Assembly (NCBI GenBank): GCA_964016885.1
Contig: OZ024744.1
Coordinates: 93,930,001-93,994,000, forward strand
Reading direction: 5' to 3'
Length of the DNA: 64,000 nt
Source of the DNA: Eledone cirrhosa
Lineage: Eukaryota
This document shows, piece after piece, positions 13,018-27,005 of this stretch. The notes beneath the pieces were generated by a model, which had not been told where the DNA came from, did no database searches, and saw only the letters and a list, made by a program, of their open reading frames with translations. Position numbers and translations under genes: made by a program. The first letter of the stretch is position 1; each line of letters opens with the position of its first letter.

Positions 13018-14057
13018 TACCGTATATACTGGAATATAAGCCGAGGAATATTTGACCAAAAAAGTTGATGGCAAAATAGGGGTCAGCTTATATTTGGGGT
13101 TAATATTTTGACAATTTTCACTAACTTCAAATTCTATGTAAAAAAAAGGGTGCTTAAAGACTGGTGTGTTTATTTCACAATTAAACAGTGTTTTTCTACA
13201 TTTACTACATTGTCATGAGTATTATTTATGTATGGCCTTGAGAATGTTCTCACAAAGTTTTTTTTATTTGAACTTTTTAATACATAAATATCCTCTCCAC
13301 ATAAACACATACATAAACATGTGTGCTGACTGATTTTCTAAGTGACTTATGTAATTAAACTTTTCTTTCAATCCTGTTTTGTTTAATTTCACTCTCGCTC
13401 TCTCTCTCTTCTTTCACTCTCACCCTCTCTCACTCTCTCTCTTGCTTGTTGTAAAAAAATCTACTTAACTTTAATACTTGTACAACATTAAATTGTTTCC
13501 AAATTTTTTAAGGGATGCATTTTATTCGATGTGTATATTAAATATAAGTCTGTTACATTTGAGAGATGGCGCTATTAAATAAACCTTAATAAAACCTAAA
13601 ATACTTCCGGCATTTAAGTAACTGAAAGTAAACAAAAATTTGAGAAACTTCAAATTTTATAAAACAGATGAAATGGTATAGTCATTATATAGTGGATTTG
13701 TGAAACAAAAATTATACTCTAAATCAACAGTCACCAACTGGTGGTCCAAGAGAAAATTTTGGTGGACCGCAGGAAAAATTTAATGTATTTATTTTTAAAA
13801 AGATTCATATTAGTAGTCAACGTGATTTTAAATAATAAATTTAGTGGTCCGCGAGGTCCGAAAACTTGGCAACCGCTGCTCTAAATAACACTTAAAACAT
13901 TTTAAATATCAAAATATTAAAACTTTGTAAATATTTTCTCCACTCATGAGAATTTCAAAATAGCGCCATAATGTGTTGATTAGCTGCCTCAGCTTATAAA
14001 CGAGTTTGGAATTCTGTCCATAAAATAGGGTCAGCTTATATTCAAGTATATGAGGCA
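13018..14057. mobile_element. Tc1/pogo-type non-autonomous DNA element
   Basis: Left end TACCGTATATACTGGAATATAAGCCGA; right end TCAGCTTATATTCAAGTATATGAGG is a degenerate inverted terminus. Confidence 0.6.
13725..13878. mobile_element. hAT-type MITE nested in the pogo-like element
   Basis: 8-bp TSD CTCTAAAT at 13717-13724 and 13879-13886; degenerate TIRs CAACAGTCACCAA / TTGGCAACCGCTG. Confidence 0.75.
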
Positions 14058-14094
14058 CATCTAAATTATGTTACAGAAAACCATACAATTTAAT

Positions 14095-15020
14095 AATTGT
14101 TTCTACTTTTAACACAAGGCCAGCAATTACCCTAGTACATTACTGGTACTTTATTTTATCGACCCCGTAAGGATGAAAGGCAAATTTAACATTGGAGGGA
14201 TTTGAACTCAGTCCGTAAAGGGACGTAACTCTATGCTGTAAAGCATGGTGTCCGACGCTCTACCGATTCTGCCAATCCACCGCCCTTTAATTTAATAATG
14301 ATATATTTTATAATTATCATAAAATAATGATAATAAAATAAAGTACCTCTCAAGTAATACAAATGATACAATTTAATAATTGTTTTTACTTTTGGCACAA
14401 GGCCAGCAATTATACCAGTGTATTACTGGTACTTTATTTTATCGACCCCCACAAGGATGAAAGGCAAAGCTAACCTCGGTGGGATTTGAATTCAGATCAT
14501 AAAGGGCCATAACTCTTTGCTGCAAAGCATGGTGTTTGACTACCTACCAATACTGCCAATCCACTGCCCTTGGAAAGAAATAATAATTGTTTCTACTTTT
14601 GGCACAAGGCCATCAATTACTCAGTACATTACTGGTACTTTATTTTATCAACCCCGTAAGGATGAAAGGCAAAGTTAACCTTGGCGGGATTTGAACTCAG
14701 ATCGTAAAGGGACGTAACTATGCTGGAAAGCATGGCGTCCGACCCTCTACCAATACTGCAAATAATAATTGTTTCTACTTTAGGCACAAGGCCAGCAATT
14801 ACCCAGTGCATTACTGGTACTTTATTTTATCGACCCTGTAAGGATGAAAGGCAAAGTCAACCTCGGCGGGATTTGAACTCAGATCATAAAGGGACGTAAC
14901 TATGCTGGAAAGCATGGCGTCCGACCCTCTACCGATACTGCCAATAATAATATTAACGAGTTGTTAGGTATTTTACAAAGAAATAATTGTTTTTACATTT
15001 GGCACAAGGCCAGCAATTTA
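14095..15020 (-). mobile_element. Cluster of 4-5 same-orientation family A SINEs
   Basis: Repeated TTGTTTCTACTTT.GGCACAAGGCCAGCAATT..ATTACTGGTACTTTATTTTATCGACCCCGTAAGGATGAAAGGCAAAG..GATTTGAACTCAG. Confidence 0.9.
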
Positions 15021-16369
15021 AATAAGAAATAAGGCGAAACTCAATAAAAATACATATTTTATTTCAGTTTTTATTTACATCATTTAAAAAGAAAGGCCTT
15101 TTTAAACCAATTTGTACATAAAGAATTTTCTTTTTTTTTTTTAACAGATGAAGTTCAGTTATTAAACTTAAGGGGGGGGGAAAAAAACAACTTTTATTTT
15201 TTTGAATACGTAATTTTCCTTTTTGCTGAACTGGCATGCTGATTTTTAAAAAAAGTCTTTGACAGCTTATATATTTACAAATCATATTTGAAATATTTGG
15301 CATGGTCTTAAGGCAGTTGGCAACATGTGGACTGCACCCCCTCATGTGGACCTTGGACATTTTTCAAATTATATATAAGAAATGATGATATAATATACAT
15401 ATGGGGGCAAGGGGCATGGGAAAAACTTTGTTTTTTTAATCAAGTGAGCTATTACAAAACGAAGTTGTTGCAGATCCCTTGTTTTAAGACACAAGACCAG
15501 CCAATTTGAAAGGAAGAGGGGGGAAAGTCGATTAAACAGACCCAAGTGCATTACTGGTACTTTAGTTTATTGGCCCCTCTAAGGGTGAAAGCAAAGCTAA
15601 CCGTGGCAGGATTTGAACTCAGATCGTGGACTTTATGCTGCGAAGCATGTTCTACGATTCTCTACCGATACATGAATTAATATATAACAAATCTTCCTTA
15701 TATCAACAATTCATAGAATTTTTATTGTCTTTATTAGTAATCTTTTGTTCTTTTTGTAAAATCTTTATCATGATTAGAAGAAGAAAAGAAAAAACAGTGA
15801 TGTTGTTTATCTATATCATTTCAAACTATCATATGATAGTTTCCTGTTGCTAATAATCTGACTAGCTGCAAACACTAACTTCAGAAAACCAGCCAGCCAG
15901 CCAAACAGCCAACTACTTGATCTTGATCACCTATAAGTCAGGTAAGCACACAAACCAGACAGATTTTATTTTCAGAAGTTGAAACAGAGACTGGAAACAT
16001 GGAAAATAGGCATAAAATGATGATGCCGGTGATGATGAGGAGGAAGATGATAATGATGTCATCCTAGGTAAGAAGACTGCGACAATTATCTCTACATACA
16101 CACCACAATCAGGGTTGATAGATGACATGAAAGACCACTTTTATGAGACCGCTATACAAACTACCTCCTTTAACAAGAGATGGTGACATTAAAACCTCCA
16201 TGCTTCCTGAGATTCCCCCTCCATACACACGCGCACATGTATTTCATGACTCATACACTGTTCATTTTCCTGACATTTAAACATTATTCTATGTACTATA
16301 CATGCACCTTTGATGAGTTGTAGTGCATCTGAGCACTATACACAATAATTTCATTATTATCATTATTAT

Positions 16370-18960
16370 TTATAATCACAGCTGGCAATTTCAATGGTTA
16401 TGTTAGGGGAAATACTGTGAGGGCTTCCCTGGTGTCCCCAGAGGCTTTGGATTTCGTACAAGAAACAAGGAAGGATTGGGGTACCTAGAGTTTTGTGATG
16501 CTAACACAAACTTTAAAAAAAAAAACAGCTAGCCACTTGATCACCTATAAGTTAGACAAGCACAAAAGCCAGATTGATTTTGTTCTCCCCAGAATGTAAA
16601 CACAAAGGGAGGAGTGTACAACCCAGCATAACTTAGTGATGACCTTAGAATTAGAGCTAGGCAAGCTGGAGAAGAATAACATGGAAGCTAGGGGAACCCT
16701 CAGTTGGTGACAAATTCAGGTATGAGTTAGAGACAAGCAGCATAGGAGAACAGTGGAGGTTCCTGCAAGATAACCTGCTGAAGGCTTCTAATGAGGTCTG
16801 TGACTGGTGCAAGGCCCCAGAATGACGTAGAGTGACTTGGTAGTGAAACAGAAGGGTGGATGAAGCAATTAAACTTAAGACTGGCAAAAATGTGAGAAGC
16901 AGGGAACAGTATCAAGATGCTCGGTGGCAGATATATTTAGCTATGAAGGAAACAGAAAACAAAAAGTTTGTGCATGTTCAGCATTGTGGTGACGATAGGC
17001 ATGAGGTGTTCAAGGTTGCAAGGGATAATCAAGATGTTATTGGGGAGAATTGTGTCCGATTTGACAGTGGCATACATACCCTCACTGATGCTGAGAAGAA
17101 AGAAGCTTGGAAGTGCCATTATGAGAAACTGTTAAATGAGGAGAATGCATGAGAGGAAAATGGCCTTTTTAAGCAGATCCAACAGAGGGTCAAACCATTT
17201 AAGTGAACAGCAGTGTGTTAAGCAAGGCAATTAAGAATATGAAGACAGCTCCAATACTGTGGGCATGTGGTTAGAATGTCTCAGGAAAGAATCGCGGGAC
17301 AGATTTTATGGGCAAAACCAAACCAGCAAGAGACCCAGGAGTAGACCCCAAGCAAGATGTTTAGATAACATCCATGAGCTTGGCTGGTCACGCTTGGGGA
17401 TCCAGCAGGATCAGTTGGAGACGGTTGCTTCTGTCACGACCTGCTGGAAGGAGTGTCTGAGGACTCCCCCCCCCCCCCCCCCCACAGCCCTCTCAGGAAT
17501 AAGTGGGCAAAGAAGATGACAGGTAAAGCAGTAGGTCCATCAGGGATAATAGCTGAGATGCTGAAAGTATCTAGTTGGGTGGAACACTCACGAATTCCAT
17601 GCATAGTAAATCAAGTAATACAGGATGGCATCATACCTAATGACTGACATAGCAGGATCATCAACTGCTACAAGGGAAAAGGAGACATACTAGTCAGAAG
17701 AAACTATAGTGGCATCAAGTTAATGGACCAGATTATGAAAGTTACTGAAAGAGTTATTGCACAGCTAATTTGAGATAATGTAATTTAGTTTTATGCTGGG
17801 TAAAAGTATCACAGATGCCCTGTTACCAGTGAGACAGCTGCAAGAGAAGTACCTAATGAAGTTGATATGGAAAAGGTTTTTGACATGGTTCCTTGCTCCA
17901 TAATCTGGTGGGCTCTTAGGAAATTAGAAGTAGATGACTGGCTGGTAAGGATGGTACAAGCCATTTACTGAGGTGCAGTCAGTAAGGTTAGAGTCATCAA
18001 TGAATTGTGACAAATTAATTGTGCAGGTGTGGGGGGAGGGGAGGGGGGGCATCAGGGCTCTGTCCTTAACCCATTCCCATTTATTATTGTCTTCCAGGCC
18101 ATAACAGAGGAGTTTAAAACTTGCTGACCATGGGAACTCATATATGCTATGATCTAGTCCTCAGCTGAAACTGCTGCAAAACTAGAGAAGAAATTCCAGG
18201 CATGGAAGCAAAACCTGGAATCAAAAGACCTCAGAGTCAACCTAGCAAAGATCAAAGTACTAATAAGTAAAAATGAAAACAAGGCAGTGATTCCTTTAAA
18301 GAAATTGCATTGATAAGTTTACAGGAAAGGGGTAGGCATAAATTAGATCTTATGTACAAAAAAATATAAACTGTGGTAGTGGGATCACAGGAAGGCTAGC
18401 AAAGAATGTAAGCTTTGTATGTAGTACAGGAGCAGCAAGCAACAAAAGCACACAAGAAATAAGCCCTACCAAATGTTCAGAGGGTTCCCTAGAAATAGTC
18501 AATAGCATTTGCTATCTAGGGGACCAAATTAGCAGTGAGGGTGGATGTTCCAAAAGTACAGTAGCCAGACTGAGAACTAGTTGGAAAAAGTTCAGGGAGC
18601 TACTACCACTGCTAGCTACTAAGGGTATCTCCCTCAGCATGAAAGGCAGACTGTATGATGCTTGCATGTGAACGGCAGTGCTACATGGTAGTGAACTTGG
18701 ACTTTGTGTACAGAGGATTTATGAAGATTGGAAAGAAATGAAGTGAGCATGAACAACAACGTGTCAATGAGCTGAGAGAGAAACTTTGCATAAGAGGCAT
18801 CAGTGTGCAAGATAAAAGATTACAAAGGTGTGGACATGTGATGGATAGGAGAGATGACAGCTGCATAAAGAAATGCAGGGGGTTTGGAGTCAAAGGAACT
18901 GTCAAAAAAGGGAAAACATAGGAAAAGCTGAGATGATGTGGTGAGGGCAAACCTTATGCA
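16370..18960 (+). pseudogene. Old, heavily mutated RTE-clade LINE with a nested RTE 3' fragment at ~17250-17515
   Basis: Peptides (KKEAWKCHYEKLLNEEN, GKAVGPSGIIAEMLK) are homologous to the 47.2-49.6 kb RTE. The insert matches 29560-29965. Confidence 0.85.
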
Positions 18961-19740
18961 GCTTCAGCTGTAATATGGGTAACTTGCTTTCCCACACAAG
19001 AGGAATGAATGCAGCAGAGTATGGCTAACCTACCCACCTCCTTCCACTTTAAACCTGAAAAATATCAAGTCCTATCTTCCACCTGCCAGTATACTCCTGA
19101 AATCCCTGCCAGCATGTCCCAGATCCTTGTCTTCACCTTAAACCTGAAGAAGCAGAAAGATGGAACAACTCTCAGGTCCTCACCTGCAAATATACTCCTG
19201 ACTTCTTTGCCCAACCCATGCTAGCATGGAAATTTAAGGGGAACCTTGACTGATTCACCTTCACTGAAGAACCTTAACCTAGGAAAGTGTGGCAACCACC
19301 AATGAAATGTCAATGCCCCCCCACCCCCACCCCCACCCAAGACAACTATGTCCACTGAACACCCAAGTGCTGTAATGAAATAAAGCTGGTGCCACTACAA
19401 AAGCACCCACATGAAAGGTGATAGTCACAATAAAATCTCCCAGTAACTTCAGTAGACATTAAAAGGTGGTGATGATGATGATGATGATATATATGGAAAT
19501 ATTTAAAAAATAAGCATTTCTTTACATAATAAAGAATCTTTAGAAAGTAGTAAAGTTATAAATATTTTCGGGAGAGACACAGATTTGTGACTGAGTAGTG
19601 AGGAATCCAATTGCATCAACCTCCTTAATTTGAGATGGCTTACAAAGGCTATGGGCACAGCTTTTCTTTCTTTAAATACAAAAGAATTTTTAGAGAGTAG
19701 TGACGTTATAAATATTTTCAGGAGACAAGATATATATATA

Positions 19741-20570
19741 CACAAGAGGTGCTGAAAAGTTCCTGATTTTAACCCTTTAGCAATCACATTACTCTATATA
19801 TATTATAGTATTTTCATGTTAAAGACTTTACCTCACATAATATTGAATCTATGAGATTTTGATATTATTTATTTTGAGAACAATACCTTAACATAGGTAA
19901 TAGCAGCTAGTTATAGCTGGTTTGAACAGAAAGAGGTGAGAGAATTCTGGCTGGATATGGCCGGTTTAAATGCTAAAGGGTTAAGGGAATTGCGAAAGGG
20001 TAGAGCTGTTACCTTTACAAGGAAGGTAGGACAACTATTTAGGAGAGGATATGCAAAACATCATGATGGTATATAATATATCTTTCTCTTTTTTGCAGAT
20101 TTAATACATGATGGTGGCTCCTACAGTGGATTTGAGTAAAATTGAAGCATGGACAGTCATGAAGTTCCTCTTCTTGCAAGGCAAAGGAGCAGCAGAAATC
20201 CATGGTGAGATAAAGGAAGTCATGAAGGATGGCTGCCCATCTTACTCTACAGGGAAAATCAAGATGCCAAGCCAGATTTCAGCTAAAGTCTTAGGAGAGT
20301 CACTGGGAATTTCCTGCGAAAGTGTTAGCCACATCATCCACAACATTCTGGACATGAGAAAGCTTTCTTATTCAGAAGTAATCGCTGTTACAGAGGCAGG
20401 GCTGGAAGGCCAACATTCTGAGTTCTTTTTACAGGTCTTAGGGAAAATGAAGGACCGCTGCAGTAAGTGTGTGAATCTGAGAGGGGAATATGTTAAATAA
20501 AATCATAATTAACTGATCATCCTGTATTTTCTTTTACCCAAAGCTAGGAACTTTCCAACACCCTCACATG
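19741..20570 (+). mobile_element. Internally deleted mariner element, interrupted by a TTAA MITE (19773-19980)
   Basis: TIR-like GAGGTGCTGAAAAGTTCCT / AGGAACTTTCCAACACCCTC. ORF 20108-20500 joins a mariner N-terminus (VMKFLFLQGKGAAEIHGEIKEV) to a C-terminus (DRCSKCVNLRGEYVK). Confidence 0.8.
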
Positions 20571-20659
20571 TAAATATATATGTATGTATATATATATATA
20601 TATATATATTTACACACACACACACATATATATATACACACACACACATATATATATAT

Positions 20660-20774
<115 letters not shown>

Positions 20775-20982
20775 GTATTAAGGATACTATTTATGGTTAT
20801 GTATGTAATAAAACCTTTTATGGTAATATATTTTTTATACAAACCTTAAATAGTGAAAGATAGTCATTAATTACTATCCTATAACCAGTAAGATAAATAG
20901 CTCAATGTCATAACATCGGTTGTTTTACAGAGCAGTTATATAGAGATTACAATAATCAAAGTTCAGTTTAAATCATTTATTT

Positions 20983-21027
20983 GCTTACAATTGTTTCCTC
21001 CAAACCGAGGTTTGGATTCTTCGGAGC
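20983..21027 (-). ncRNA. Minimal type I hammerhead ribozyme-like motif (U4C variant)
   Basis: GCT-CCGAAGA-A TCCAAACC TC GGTTTGGA G-GAAA-CAATTG-TA-AGC; palindromic stem III ACAATTGT. Confidence 0.55.
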
Positions 21028-21170
21028 GAGCAACTATTTACTGATCTATAACATACTTGACCTCCTTTTCAACACAAGAGACATATAAAACATATGCACA
21101 TATTGATCCACAGTGGGATGACATCCATCAAAATGATATAGCATGGCAATTTACATATAAAGGTTAAAGG

Positions 21171-21335
21171 ATAAAAATAAAAATAAAAATAAAAATAAAA
21201 ATAAAAATAAAAATAAAAATAAAAATAAAAATAAAAATAAAAATAAAAATAAAAATAAAAATAAAAATAAAAATAAAAATAAAAATAAAAATAAAAATAA
21301 AAATAAAAATAAAAATAAAAATGAAAATAAAAATG
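21171..21335. repeat. (TAAAAA)n hexamer microsatellite
   Basis: Direct inspection. Confidence 0.95.
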
Positions 21336-21647
21336 AAGCGTTGGCAGTCTATGAAGATAAAGCAAGAGGAAAGTTGAGAGTAGTCAGTGTATGAAACAAT
21401 CTCACGTGTAGCATGCACGCGTGTCTTATTTATACAGGATTAGAGTGCGTCAGAATGTTATTTGCAGGGTCAGGCAGTTGAAGCAGGCAATCGATATTAT
21501 TATGTGGGCTGAAGTATTAAGTCATTTATTCGCATACACCTGTATGATATACAGAGAAACACATTTTTGATATTTTGGTGTTTCTCTGTATATCATACAG
21601 GTGTATGCGAATAAATCTCTCTCTCTCTATATATGTATATATATAAA

Positions 21648-21691
<44 letters not shown>

Positions 21692-22411
21692 ATATGATGA
21701 TGATGATGATGATATATGTGTGAACAGGTAAAGGATTAAGAACCAAATAAATAAATTTAAAAAAAACAATATAGATGTCTAAACCATGGACACATAGAAA
21801 ATAGACATGTGATGATGATGATGATGATGATTATGACAATGATGATGATTATGTGGTGGTGTCAGTGATGTTGATGATGATGAAAGTGATAGTGGTGGTG
21901 GTGCTGCTGCTGCTGCTAGTAGTGATGATGGTGATAATAATGGTGATGATGATTATAAGGGCAATGATGATGTAATATGTTGTAAAGTTATAAGCCCTAA
22001 TATGTTATCTACTATATAAATGGTAATTTCTGTCTGTCTATCTGTCTATAAGCAGTTGGCACCTACACCAGTGATCCGATCATGATGAAACTTTACACAC
22101 ATATTAAGCTAATATTTAGAAGCAGGACTGGCTAATTGGATTTCAATGAAAATCAATAATGGAACCCCTGGGGATCTCTTTACAATGGAGGAGGAAAGCG
22201 AAGACATTTCAGTGAGAGAGGGGGAAGAGAATATACTACTACTGTATGTTTAACCCTCCCTCCCACTACTCCCCTTCCTCCTCCCACAACTCAGTCCTCC
22301 AAAACGAGGCAACAACTTATCAGAAATATACATAAAGAAATTTCAAACAAAGCAGACGACAATCTAATTTTGGTTGACAACTGAATAGATGCCTCTGTAT
22401 ATATATATATA

Positions 22412-23104
22412 TCTATATTAATAAAGCTGACGGCCGTATGTATGTAACAAACTTTTAGCCAAACGGCTGGACCAAACAGCACCAAATTTGCACCATAGAT
22501 GTAACTTTTTCCAAGAAAGAAAGTGAGGAGTACATTACTGGTACTTTATTATATATAATATATATAATACGACATTCCTCTCTCTTTCTTACTCTGTCTT
22601 TTTAGATAGATACATAACTATAATTGTTTCTACTTTAGGCACAAGACCAGCAATTACCCAGTGCATTACTGGTACTTTATTTTATCGACCCCGTAAGGAT
22701 GAAAGGCAAAGTCAACCTCGGCGGGATTTGAACTCAGATCGTAAAGGGACGTAAATATGCTGGAAAGCATGGCGTCCGACCCTCCACCGATACTGCCAAT
22801 CCACCACCCAACATAACTATAATGTTGCGCGCTTATAATATCTGTCTGTATGTCTGCCTGTCTGCATTGACTTTGCTTCTAACCAACTTTTAATTAATTA
22901 TATATATAATTATATATTCGTGTACAGATATTTTTGCATACACAAACACGCAGTACATCGGAAAATAGAAGTACAAAAACAAAATATAAACAAATATTGT
23001 ATTTATTTCGTTAACTATGCAGCGATTTATTTACATTTAGTTCGACTGTATGAAATCACAGACAGCTTATCGTCTGTTTATCCAAGCGAAGCTAGGTATG
23101 TCAG

Positions 23105-23107
<3 letters not shown>
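22412..23107 (+). mobile_element. Probable non-autonomous Helitron-like element containing a family A SINE (22620-22810); a second Helitron-like 5' end at ~22008
   Basis: 5' TCTATATTAATAAAG..(GTAT)n..AACGGCTGGACC..AAATTTG; 3' GCGAAGCTAGGTATGTCAGCTA. These match recalled Helitron/HINE end patterns. Confidence 0.55.
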
Positions 23108-23159
<52 letters not shown>

Positions 23160-23289
23160 TAAGTTATATTTAAAGTTGTTGGGATACAACAAGTAAATAT
23201 TTTTATAACTGATATAAAGCACTCGACAAATTTTTGGAGTAGATATACGATATTAATAAATGGAAACTATATTTATAAAACCATATTTA

Positions 23290-23350
23290 TTTCATTATAC
23301 ATATTTCAGGGATACCACATTAAATTATGGTATGCCTTCATCAGACAAAA
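23290..23350 (-). ncRNA. Type I hammerhead motif in a TA-embedded repeat (family also at 59400-59463, 59995-60056 and 61109-61165)
   Basis: TTTTGT-CTGATGA-AGG C ATACCATA..TGTGGTAT C CCT-GAAA-TATGTAT-A-ATGAAA. Confidence 0.65.
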
Positions 23351-23937
23351 TACAATATATAACAGTTTTACAAATAGGTTTGACGTACCCTTTAAAATAC
23401 AGCCATTACTTTTGGAGGCTGTCTGGATAGTGATTTGTTTATATAATAAGTCATAGTGTTAAGCACAATTAGAAAAAGACGGAGAGAAAGAAAGAGAAAA
23501 GAACAAAGACAGAGAGAAAGAAAAGAGAAAGAAAACCTGGAGAAATATCGGAGAGAGAGAGAAATGTATGGAGAAAAGAAAGAGATAGATAAAGATAGGA
23601 GGAAATAAAAAAGTAAGAAAAGGAAAGAATAAGAAAAACAAAGGAAAGCAACAGAGAGATATCAAGTCATCATACAGAAAGAGAAACTCAAGAGAGAGAA
23701 ATACTATATAGAGAGAGGGGGACAGTGACAACTTTACGTCATGTCATATTAAGTTGAGTTAACAATTTATATGAAATGAATAATAAAAATATAAATATAA
23801 GTATCAATATTCATGAATGAGACATAGATATATAATATGAGAAATTAAACATTGTTCAATAATGACCATATGTTTAGTTTAGAAACTTGAGATCAATGAA
23901 CAATGTTTAATTTCTCATATTATATATCTATGTCTCA

Positions 23938-24240
23938 TTGCAAGGGTGGGACGGGAACTGATTCTGGCTTGATTTCTACAGCTGGATGCCCTTCCTAACA
24001 CCAGCCTCATTTACAGTGAGTACTGGGTGCTTTTTTGCTATGGCACCTCCACGACCATTTTACAGTTGAATGATAGGGACCCCAGTCCCTATCATCTCAT
24101 TTCTACAGCTGAGTAAACTGGAGCAATGTGAGATAAAGTGTCTTGCCCAAGGAAACAACACAATAACCAGTCTGAGAATTGAACTCACAACCTTTCGATT
24201 GCAAGGCCAATGCTCTAACCACTAAGCCATGTGCCTCCAT
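23938..24240 (-). mobile_element. tRNA-type SINE family B with RTE-like 3' part (other copies 38765-39087, 41370-41700, 41718-42056, 46896-47240, 49965-50347, 51428-51762)
   Basis: Head GGAGGCACATGGCTTAGTGGTTAGAGC (A box)..GAGTTCAATTC (B box), core TCCTTGAGCAAGACACTTTA, tail GGTTGGTGTTAGGAAGGGCATCCAGCTGTAGAAA. Confidence 0.85.
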
Positions 24241-24299
24241 ATATATAGCACATCCACTGATATGGATTCTGAACACGTGCACACTCTTAGGTCAACTGC

Positions 24300-24990
24300 A
24301 GGAATCTGAGATTAGTCCAAAGAATAAAACCCAAACGAATATTCGTACTCCTGGCATGTTAATTGTAACATGCTGTCTTTGAGAGTAGAGTTTATTTTGT
24401 CGACATTTCGAGGTGTCGGATCGTGGGAAGATTAACACCAATTAAGATGTAACTTCTTCCCCATTATTGACACTTTGCAAGAGTGAATGTTACAAGGCCT
24501 TCTTTAGGGCCAACACTTCTGATTGTCTATCCGACTTATTATGGTGTGTTTTCTCGGGTTATGTCTACTATAGGGGGAAAAGGGGATGGTCTTATTGAAT
24601 TGCTTCAATCATTCGAAGGGCTTTACAAACAGTGATATACAGGGTGCTTGAACAGTACCTGAATATCTTCACTAGGTTATAATTTCTTCAATAATTGCAA
24701 TGACTTCCTCAGTTGTTCTGTGTTTGTTCTTGAGTGCTAAGGCAGTAAGTTTGCTTTTCTTATACATAAGTTTGTTGAATAAGTTTGATACTCTTCGAGC
24801 TCAAACTTCCCCGGCTTATTCACTCTGAATGGAGAAAGCTGGATGGAAGAACTTATGACTTAAATAGCTATTGATAGTTCAACACAAAAAATTTATCTGC
24901 CATAAACACACCTAGCACAGGTTGCTATTGAAAATCCAGTATGGGCACCCATGATTGCTAACATTTTCAGGTGCACTTTGGGAACTGCAA
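24300..24990. pseudogene. Possible very degraded Penelope-like RT remnant
   Basis: Plus strand ~24920-24970 reads VAIENP..APMIANIF, similar to the PLE motif AMGSPL.P..ANIF. Minus-strand pieces (YKKSKLT, GPKKAL) resemble downstream PLE motifs. Confidence 0.35.
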
Positions 24991-25189
24991 ATAACCCCAC
25001 ACAACTTTACAACACATTAGGGCGCACAACTTTACAACAAACTAGGGCTCACAACTTTTCAATAAATTAGGGCTCATAACTTTACGTTATATAACATACT
25101 AAGGATCATAACGTTATATCATAGGCAACATCAAATAAAGTGTTTTACTCAAGAACACAACACACAACCTAGTCCAGGAATTGAACCCA

Positions 25190-27005
25190 CATTCAAAGCA
25201 GAGACTTCACTCTCCAGTTGGTCCTCTTCGCAATCCCCACACAAGCCAGATCACTGACGATCCCAAAGAATTCGCAGAACTCATTGCTGAGTGCTATGCA
25301 AGTATTTTTACTGTTGAAAACCAGAATGTACCATCTCTAACATCAAATTCCATAACAACTATGGAATTTACACCTGCAATGTTGCGACGTCACCTTAAGA
25401 ATAAGCGCAACTATGCCTCGCCTGGTCTTGATGGTGTTACATACCTGCTTCTCAAACGTGGTGGGTATTTCCTTTTGCGTCAGCTTTCTTTCTTCTTTCA
25501 ATACTGTCTCAACAATGGTGCTACTCCGGAGCAGTGGAAAACTGCTAGTGTCATTCCCCTGTTCAAAAAGGGCAACCGCATGTCACCAGTCAGTCTTACT
25601 AGCTGTATGGCCAAACTGATGGAATCCTGTGTCAGAGAAACACTATGGAACTTCTGGAGCTCTCACAGCCTCATCCAGCCCTTGCAGTTTGGATTTATCC
25701 CTAACTCCAGCTGCTGTGATCAGCTTTTTGAGTTTCTTGAAGACATCACCCGGATCACTGACAGCGGCTCATGGGTGGATGTTGTTTACCTTGACTTTGC
25801 TAAGGCTTTTAATTCTGTGCCACACAAAAGACTTATGGCAAAACTCTCTGCAATGGGTGTGAGGGATGATCTTTTCGACTGGTTGAAATCCTTCATTCTC
25901 AGCCGAAAAGAAGTAGTCACGGTTCTAGGACAGCATTCTTCACCATATGAGATGTCATCTGGTGTACCACAGGGATCTGTTCTTGGTCCTCTTTTGTTTG
26001 TGGCATATATTAACGACATAGATGCCAACTTACAGAATGCCACGGTACTGAAATATGCAGATGACATCAAGCTGTACCTTGAAATCAAAAGGACTGATCC
26101 TGAAATCTACAACGCTTTCCTACAATCAGACCTAGACACAATGCAGCAATGGATCATAGACTGGCAACTGAAGCTGGCTGTGGACAAGTGTACCACCATG
26201 CATTTTGGGAGGAAAAATCCAGCGTCCACATACTCCCTCCACAACACTGATATCAAGAAGTCCTTTTGTGAACGTAACCTGGGCATTACTGTCAGCAGCG
26301 ATTTGCGTTGGACAAAGCATGTCTCTAAGATTGTCAAGAAGGCCGAGGGTGTCTTGGCATCACTCAGCAAGACCTTTGTTAGCCGCTCTCCAGCCATCTA
26401 TTTAAAACTGTATACAGCTATGGTACGACCACACTTGGAATTCACATCATCAGTCTGGAACCCCTATCTTGCTCAGAACATTGACCGCCTGGAAACTGTT
26501 CAGAGACATGCAACCAAGCGCATACCCTCCATCAGACACCTATCATACTCTGAACGCCTTGCTTCCCTGGGCATGGATTCATTGAAGCTCCGACGTCTGG
26601 CAATGGACTTGGTAAACACCCACAAAGTTATTAACCATCTCACCAACAACAACCCTGAGCACCTTTTTGATCTCCATGTGTCTAACACACGTGAACATGC
26701 CTACAAAATCAGAAAACAGCATAGCTCCCATGACTTTCGTAAACATTTTTTCAGAGTTGCTGAAGCATGGAACAAACTGCCTGCGTCAGTTGTTAGCTGC
26801 CGAGACACTATGCTTCCCGAAATACGCCAAAACTACCTGATGTACCCCTTCCATACACATGCACACATGTGTATATCATGACTCATGCACTGTTCATTTT
26901 CTTGACGTTTGTACATTACCCTATGTACTATACATACACTTTTTGATGAGTTGTAGTGCACCTGAGCACTGTACACAATATTTCATTATTATTATTATTA
27001 TTATT
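25190..27005 (+). mobile_element. 5'-truncated CR1-group LINE; RT frame open for ~560 codons (ORF 25181-26881), followed by 3' UTR and (ATT)n tail
   Basis: SPGLDG, PLFKKG, QFGF, YLDFAKAFNSV, GVPQGSVLGPLLF, YADD and VRPHLE motifs. Tail fragments also at ~16190-16370 and 30720-30870. Confidence 0.92.
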
